This document shows, piece by piece, positions 57,927-62,781 of a stretch of DNA of 62,781 nucleotides. The stretch is from the sequence record SRR20825010_3076; one strand, written 5' to 3'. The notes beneath the pieces were generated by a model. The model did not search any database. It was not told the origin of the DNA and was given only the letters and a program-made list of their open reading frames with translations. Position numbers and translations under genes: made by a program. The number at the start of each line of letters is the position of its first letter. Position 1 is the stretch's first letter.

Positions 57927-58877
57927 TCAGTTTGCGTCCTTGCTGTACAGGTTGGGATCTTCCCTGGAAGGACGGGTCTTGAAGCGGCGATGCATCCAGA
58001 GGTACTGGTCCGGGTGTTTTCGGATTTCGTTTTCGATGGTTTTGTTTACCAATGTGGCGTCCGCCATGTCATCTCCGGAAGGAAAGTTCTCCAGTGGAGG
58101 ATGGAAGTAGATATCGTACCCTGGAGCGTGTTCCCGTCGGAAATGGCTGAACGGCACCACGGCACAGCCGCTACGGTCGGCTATGCGCGAGGTGGCGGTG
58201 ATGGACCCCGCAGGCACTCCGAAAAATGGGGCAAAAACGATGCCTTTGCGGCCGTAGTCCTGATCTGTGGCGTACCAGACGATACGGTTGTTTTTGAGCT
58301 GTTTGAGCAGGCCGCGCAGGTTCCGGCTGTCCAGTGCCACCCCATAACGACGTTCCCTGGCGCGGGTCATCACCGCGTTCATCAATGGGTTGTTATGGTC
58401 GCGCTGCATCACGTCGGCCTCAATGTATTCGGTGACCAGGGCGCCCCCCAAGTCAAGGGTGCTGTAGTGACCGCCCAGCAACAGGATGCCCTTGCCTCTG
58501 GCAAGCGCAGCGTCGACATGTTCAAGGCCGTGAACTTCTGTAATGGGCATGAAGCTGGTGGGACTGCGGAACCAGGCCAGCCCAATCTCCATGACACCGA
58601 TGCCGTTGGCGCGGAATGACGCCTTCACCAGTGTCTGCTTTTCCGTTTCGGATAACTCTGGAAAGCACAGGCGAATATTCACATCGGTGATTTGCTTGCG
58701 ATGGCCGGCAAAGCGATAGGCGATGTCACCAATCCGTTTTCCCAGCCACCATTGTAACTTCAGTGGCAATTGGGCGCCCAGCCACATGGCAGCGACCCCG
58801 ATCCAGGTTGGCCACCAGCGCGGATGTAGGTAGCTGGTATAGCGGGTGTCGCGAGTTCTCTGTTTAGCGGTCTTCAC
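57927..58877 (-). CDS. lpxL: Lipid A lauroyl acyltransferase
   Basis: HPRWW.TW, N..LCFPE, H...LD, WYA.DQDYG, PFFG, PDQYLWMHRRFKTRP. Confidence 0.88.
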   Translation of the reverse strand: MKTAKQRTRDTRYTSYLHPRWWPTWIGVAAMWLGAQLPLKLQWWLGKRIGDIAYRFAGHRKQITDVNIRLCFPELSETEKQTLVKASFRANGIGVMEIGLAWFRSPTSFMPITEVHGLEHVDAALARGKGILLLGGHYSTLDLGGALVTEYIEADVMQRDHNNPLMNAVMTRARERRYGVALDSRNLRGLLKQLKNNRIVWYATDQDYGRKGIVFAPFFGVPAGSITATSRIADRSGCAVVPFSHFRREHAPGYDIYFHPPLENFPSGDDMADATLVNKTIENEIRKHPDQYLWMHRRFKTRPSREDPNLYSKDAN

Positions 58878-59049
58878 TCGTGTCAGTCCCTGATGATTTT
58901 TAACGGCAAGAACCGGAGTTTAGCAGGGCCATTATCTCCGGCTAAAGCCGCAATATCCGCAAGTTGCGGAAAATCATGAATTCCAGGTCGCAGACGCCGG
59001 CCACCGCTTTATGTAGAATGATCGCCGCATCGACCCGGCCGGAGTTACC

Positions 59050-60318
59050 ATGCTTCATTTTTTCTACTCCCTTTTTTTCCGCATCGCGCTGCCGTTTGTG
59101 TTGCTGCGATTGTGGTGGATCGGGCGTACCAATCCTGAAGCGTTCGTGCGCTGGCAGGAGCGCCTGGGGTACGTGGAGGCCTTCGATGAGCCGGTCATAT
59201 GGGTTCATGCCGTATCGGTGGGTGAAACCATTGCCGCCGCCCCCCTGGTGAAAGCTTTGCTGAGGCGTAATCCTGATATCCCCATATTGATGACCGCGAT
59301 GACGCCGACCGGCTCGGCCCGAGCCAGGGCTTTGTTCGGTGACCGGGTCCACTATGCTTTCTCACCATATGACACACCCGGTGCGGTGCGCCGGTTTGTT
59401 GGCCGCGTAAGGCCCCGGGCGCTTGTGATTATGGAAACTGAGCTTTGGCCCAATATGATTGCTCTTAGTCGCCAACGCCAAGTGCCCATTTTCCTCATTA
59501 ATGCGCGCCTTTCCAGCCGTTCCGCGCGGGGATATGAGCGGGTGGCGTCACTGGTTCGCCCGCTGCTCCGCAGTATTAGCTGGATAGCCGCGCAAGCAGA
59601 GGAAGACGCTGGCCGGTTCCTGCGTATTGGGGCCACGCCGGAATCGGTGTCGGTGACCGGCAGTATCAAGTTTGATGTTGAGGTCTCGGACGAAGTACGC
59701 GCCGAATCTTCGGGGCTGAGGGCGGCGCTGGGCGCTGACCGTCCGGTTTGGATTGCAGCCAGTACCCACGACGGTGAGGATCGCCAGATATTGGAGGCTC
59801 ACCAACAAATCCTCGAGCATTTCCCGAACGCATTGCTGATGATTGTGCCGCGGCATCCAGAGCGTTTTGATGATGTGGCCAGGCTCATTGACGCCATGGG
59901 GCTCTCTCTTGTCCGTCGGTCCCAGTCAGGAAGTGACGGGGGCGGAAAGGTAGGGCGCGAGGTGTATCTTGGTGACACCATGGGTGAATTGCTAATGCTT
60001 TACGGCGCCTCCGATGTGGCCTTTGTGGGCGGCTCGCTGATTGAACGTGGCGGCCACAACCCGCTGGAGCCAGCCGCTTGGGGAATACCCGTTGTTTCCG
60101 GGCCGCACATATTCAATTTCGAAAACATTTACGACCGCCTTGATTCAGGACAGGGTCTGTTTATTACGGATTCAGCGGAGTCTCTTGCCCGGTGCGTTGT
60201 TCATCTCTTTTCGGACAGAGCTTCTGCGCAAAACGCGGGTCACAACGCGCTGGCGGTTGTGGATGCCAACCGTGGTGCGCTCGAGAAAGTGGTTGATGGG
60301 ATAGTTGAGCGGGTCTAA
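59050..60318 (+). CDS. waaA: Kdo transferase
   Basis: IWVHAVSVGE, METELWPN, NARLS.RS, AASTH.GE, PRHPERF, GGHNPLEPA. Confidence 0.97.
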   Translation: MLHFFYSLFFRIALPFVLLRLWWIGRTNPEAFVRWQERLGYVEAFDEPVIWVHAVSVGETIAAAPLVKALLRRNPDIPILMTAMTPTGSARARALFGDRVHYAFSPYDTPGAVRRFVGRVRPRALVIMETELWPNMIALSRQRQVPIFLINARLSSRSARGYERVASLVRPLLRSISWIAAQAEEDAGRFLRIGATPESVSVTGSIKFDVEVSDEVRAESSGLRAALGADRPVWIAASTHDGEDRQILEAHQQILEHFPNALLMIVPRHPERFDDVARLIDAMGLSLVRRSQSGSDGGGKVGREVYLGDTMGELLMLYGASDVAFVGGSLIERGGHNPLEPAAWGIPVVSGPHIFNFENIYDRLDSGQGLFITDSAESLARCVVHLFSDRASAQNAGHNALAVVDANRGALEKVVDGIVERV

Positions 60319-60379
60319 GGCGTGATACCGGTGTTTTGTATTGGCCGGGGCATGGTGCCCCGGCCTGATTTTCATCAGT

Positions 60380-61759
60380 TTACTGGGAGAGGTTGTCGAT
60401 GGTTTCCTGCTCGTTAGCCATGGCTTCAATCCCCGGTGCTGATGCGCTCAGCCAGTTGTTCAGGTCTACCAGATCCTGAGGGCTGAGGGTGCCAGCCGCC
60501 TGTTTCAGGTTCAGGGTGTTAATCACGTAGTCATAACGGGCATTGGCAAAGTCACGCAATGCCACGTAATAGTTCCGTTCCGCATCCAGCACTTCCACGA
60601 TGTTCCGTGTACCCACTTCGTAACCGGCGCGGGTGGCATCCAATGCACTACGGCGGGAAATGATGGTTTGTTCCAGCGCAGAGGCAGACTCGATGTTGGT
60701 ATTCACGGTACGGAACAGGCTGCGCGTGTTTACCCGGACATCCCGACGTACTGTCTCTAGCGACTGCTCCGCCACCGTCACCTGGGAGCGCTGCTGTCGC
60801 ACGCCGGCCTGGGTTCCGCCGCCCATATACAGGGGAACGTTGAGGGTAAGGGCGATGCGACCCTCGGTCGTTGTGCCATCGCGCTGGCCCTGTGTCAGAG
60901 TTGGCTGCTCCAGCCCATCAATCTCCGTGTTGCCGTAGGACGCATTCAGGTCAAGCGTTGGCAGGTGACCGGCTTTCGCGCTCTTCAGGTTGGCCTCGCT
61001 GGTGTTCAGGTCATAGAGGGCTGACTGGATCTGCCAGTTCTGACTCAGTGCGGTGTTTTCCCAGGCTGAAGGGTCCATGGGCTCCGGGCGGCCGAGGGGG
61101 AAGTTCCGGCGCAGGTTGTTCAGGTCTTCAGTGTACTCGCCGGTCAATCGTGCCAGTTGTTCGCGGGCGATATCCAGGTCGCTCTCTGCAGCGATACGCT
61201 GGCTCTTGCTGTCGTCATAGCTGGCACGAGCCTCATACACTTCGGTAATGGCAATCAGTCCCACATCAAAGCGTTCCTGTGCCTGCTCGTATTGACGCTG
61301 AATGGCCGCCTCGGTAGCGCGGGCAGTGGTTAAGGTGTCTGCCGCCCTGAGGACATTGAAATAGGCGGTGGCGACGTCAAGAATCAGCTGCTGCTGAGCC
61401 AGGTTGTATTCGGCCTGCGCGGCTTCCGTCTGGAATTTGCTGGCGTCGTAATTAAACCAGGTGTCGGCTCGGAACAATGGCTGGGTCAGCTCGACGCCGT
61501 AGGCGTAGGTTTTATATGCCGCGTCCTGGCTGGGGCCGTCCACGTCGGTGTGGCTGGCTTCACCAAAGGCACCGATCTGCGGCAGCAGGTTGCTACGGCT
61601 GACATCGCTTGCTGCCTGCTGAGCTTCAAACGTGGCGCGGGCGGTTGCAATGCCGGAATCATAGGAGAGTGCTTTCTCGTACGTCTCAACCAGATCCATG
61701 GATAGTGCAGGCTGGGCTGCGAGCAGTCCAATCAGCCCGGAAAGCAGTCGTTTCTTCAT
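60380..61759 (-). CDS. tolC: Outer membrane channel TolC
   Basis: Signal peptide, LLPQI, AYFNVL, RF.VGL, GHLPTL, GYEVGTRNIV.VL. Confidence 0.93.
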   Translation of the reverse strand: MKKRLLSGLIGLLAAQPALSMDLVETYEKALSYDSGIATARATFEAQQAASDVSRSNLLPQIGAFGEASHTDVDGPSQDAAYKTYAYGVELTQPLFRADTWFNYDASKFQTEAAQAEYNLAQQQLILDVATAYFNVLRAADTLTTARATEAAIQRQYEQAQERFDVGLIAITEVYEARASYDDSKSQRIAAESDLDIAREQLARLTGEYTEDLNNLRRNFPLGRPEPMDPSAWENTALSQNWQIQSALYDLNTSEANLKSAKAGHLPTLDLNASYGNTEIDGLEQPTLTQGQRDGTTTEGRIALTLNVPLYMGGGTQAGVRQQRSQVTVAEQSLETVRRDVRVNTRSLFRTVNTNIESASALEQTIISRRSALDATRAGYEVGTRNIVEVLDAERNYYVALRDFANARYDYVINTLNLKQAAGTLSPQDLVDLNNWLSASAPGIEAMANEQETIDNLSQ

Positions 61760-61920
61760 GATGTCTCCTGTTAGTGAATCACCCGGCGTGTTGGAATACC
61801 TGGCCACATATGTTCAGATAACCATTGAGCGTTTCAGGCTCGCCATTATGGACAATAATCGGCCTGAGCTCTACACTTGCAGTCGGCACTGATTGTAAGT
61901 GTCAATTACATTGATTTCGC

Positions 61921-62022
61921 GTCTTGACGGGGTGCTGGCGTCAGAACATCTGACCGCCGGCTGAGATTGCCATGCAGAACCCGCAACCTGATCCGGATAA
62001 TACCGGCGTAGGGATTTGAGAC
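61921..62022 (+). ncRNA. TPP riboswitch
   Basis: GGGGTGC...GCTGAGA...ACCCG..ACCTGATCCGGATAATACCGGCGTAGGGA core, P1 GTCTTG/TGAGAC, upstream of thiC. Confidence 0.96.
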
Positions 62023-62106
62023 AATATGCTGCAACGACACAGAACCGTTCTGTGATCACTGCCCGTCATGCGCGACCCGTATACCTAATCAACCCGGGGA
62101 CGCACT

Positions 62107-62781
62107 ATGACAACAATACCTTCCTATCTCAGCGATTCAGCAAAAGTCGATTCTGCAGCCATCAAGCCGCTGCCCCAGTCCCGAAAAATCTACGTACAGG
62201 GTAGCCGACCTGATATTCGGGTGCCCATGAGGGAAATTACTGTGGGCGACACGCCGACCGACATGGGTGGCGAGAAAAATGCGCCCGTCGCCGTTTATGA
62301 CACCTCCGGTCCGTACAGCGACCCTGAAGCCACTATTGATCTGCGTAAGGGACTCAAGCCCATCCGTTCCGCCTGGATTGAGGAGCGCGGAGATGTAGAG
62401 CAGCTATCCGATTACACCTCTGAATTCACGCGTCGCCGGATGAAAGACCCTCTGCTGGACCCACTCCGTTTTATGGACGAGCGCAAGCCGCTGAGGGCCA
62501 AGCCCGGCAAGAACGTCAGCCAGATGCACTATGCCCGCCAGGGGATCATCACGCCGGAAATGGAATTCATCGCCATTCGCGAGAATATGAAGCTGCAGGA
62601 AGCCCGGGAGCAGGGGCTCCTGAAAGACCAGCATCCGGGCCAATCATTCGGAGCGTCTCTGCCCCAGGAAATTACCCCTGAGTTTGTACGGGACGAAGTT
62701 GCTCGCGGCCGGGCTATTATTCCCAACAACATCAACCACCCGGAAACAGAACCGATGATCATCGGCCGCAACTTCCTGGTG
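62107..62781 (+). CDS. thiC: Phosphomethylpyrimidine synthase (5' part; continues past window end)
   Basis: Absent from the ORF track because it is open at the edge. Reads ...[20 protein letters not shown]...YDTSGPY...[21 protein letters not shown]...[16 protein letters not shown]. Confidence 0.97.
   Translation, partial: MTTIPSYLSDSAKVDSAAIKPLPQSRKIYVQGSRPDIRVPMREITVGDTPTDMGGEKNAPVAVYDTSGPYSDPEATIDLRKGLKPIRSAWIEERGDVEQLSDYTSEFTRRRMKDPLLDPLRFMDERKPLRAKPGKNVSQMHYARQGIITPEMEFIAIRENMKLQEAREQGLLKDQHPGQSFGASLPQEITPEFVRDEVARGRAIIPNNINHPETEPMIIGRNFLV

Noticed and set aside
59058-59078. T6 and T7 runs at the 5' end of waaA as a phase-variation site
   Set aside because: The runs are short, encode a Phe/Leu-rich anchor, and waaA is normally essential.
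1-62781. CRISPR arrays, tRNA/rRNA genes, IS elements, integrases or prophage genes
   Set aside because: None recognised by eye; coding space is accounted for by the listed genes and no regularly spaced repeats were seen.

Overview
Gammaproteobacterial chromosomal window; gene order and sequence style suggest a Marinobacter-like marine organism (inference). In order: 5' part of uvrA (-), a YajR-like MFS transporter and ssb; a complete 17-gene MSHA type IV pilus operon (mshI-mshQ); the nitrogen-control region (glnG/glnL, DUF4124 gene, glnA) with two sigma54 promoters and NtrC boxes; typA, pip, dtd; a porin with a complex upstream region containing a Pho-box-type promoter; a CYTH protein, a K+ channel, glnE, ilvE; a ~22 kb LPS/LOS core and lipid A locus ending in waaA; tolC; a TPP riboswitch; and the 5' part of thiC. 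The most notable element lies inside the LOS locus: a three-gene phosphoramidate (P-N bond) cassette resembling Campylobacter Cj1418/Cj1417/Cj1416. No Cj1415 kinase, methyltransferase or Cj1421/22-type transferase is recognisable in the window. The cassette is instead flanked by a sulfotransferase-fold protein with altered PAPS-binding motifs and by a ParB/Srx-motif protein. This suggests an unmethylated phosphoramide modification of the LPS core with a possibly new transferase type. All family assignments come from motif recognition by eye; no searches were run.
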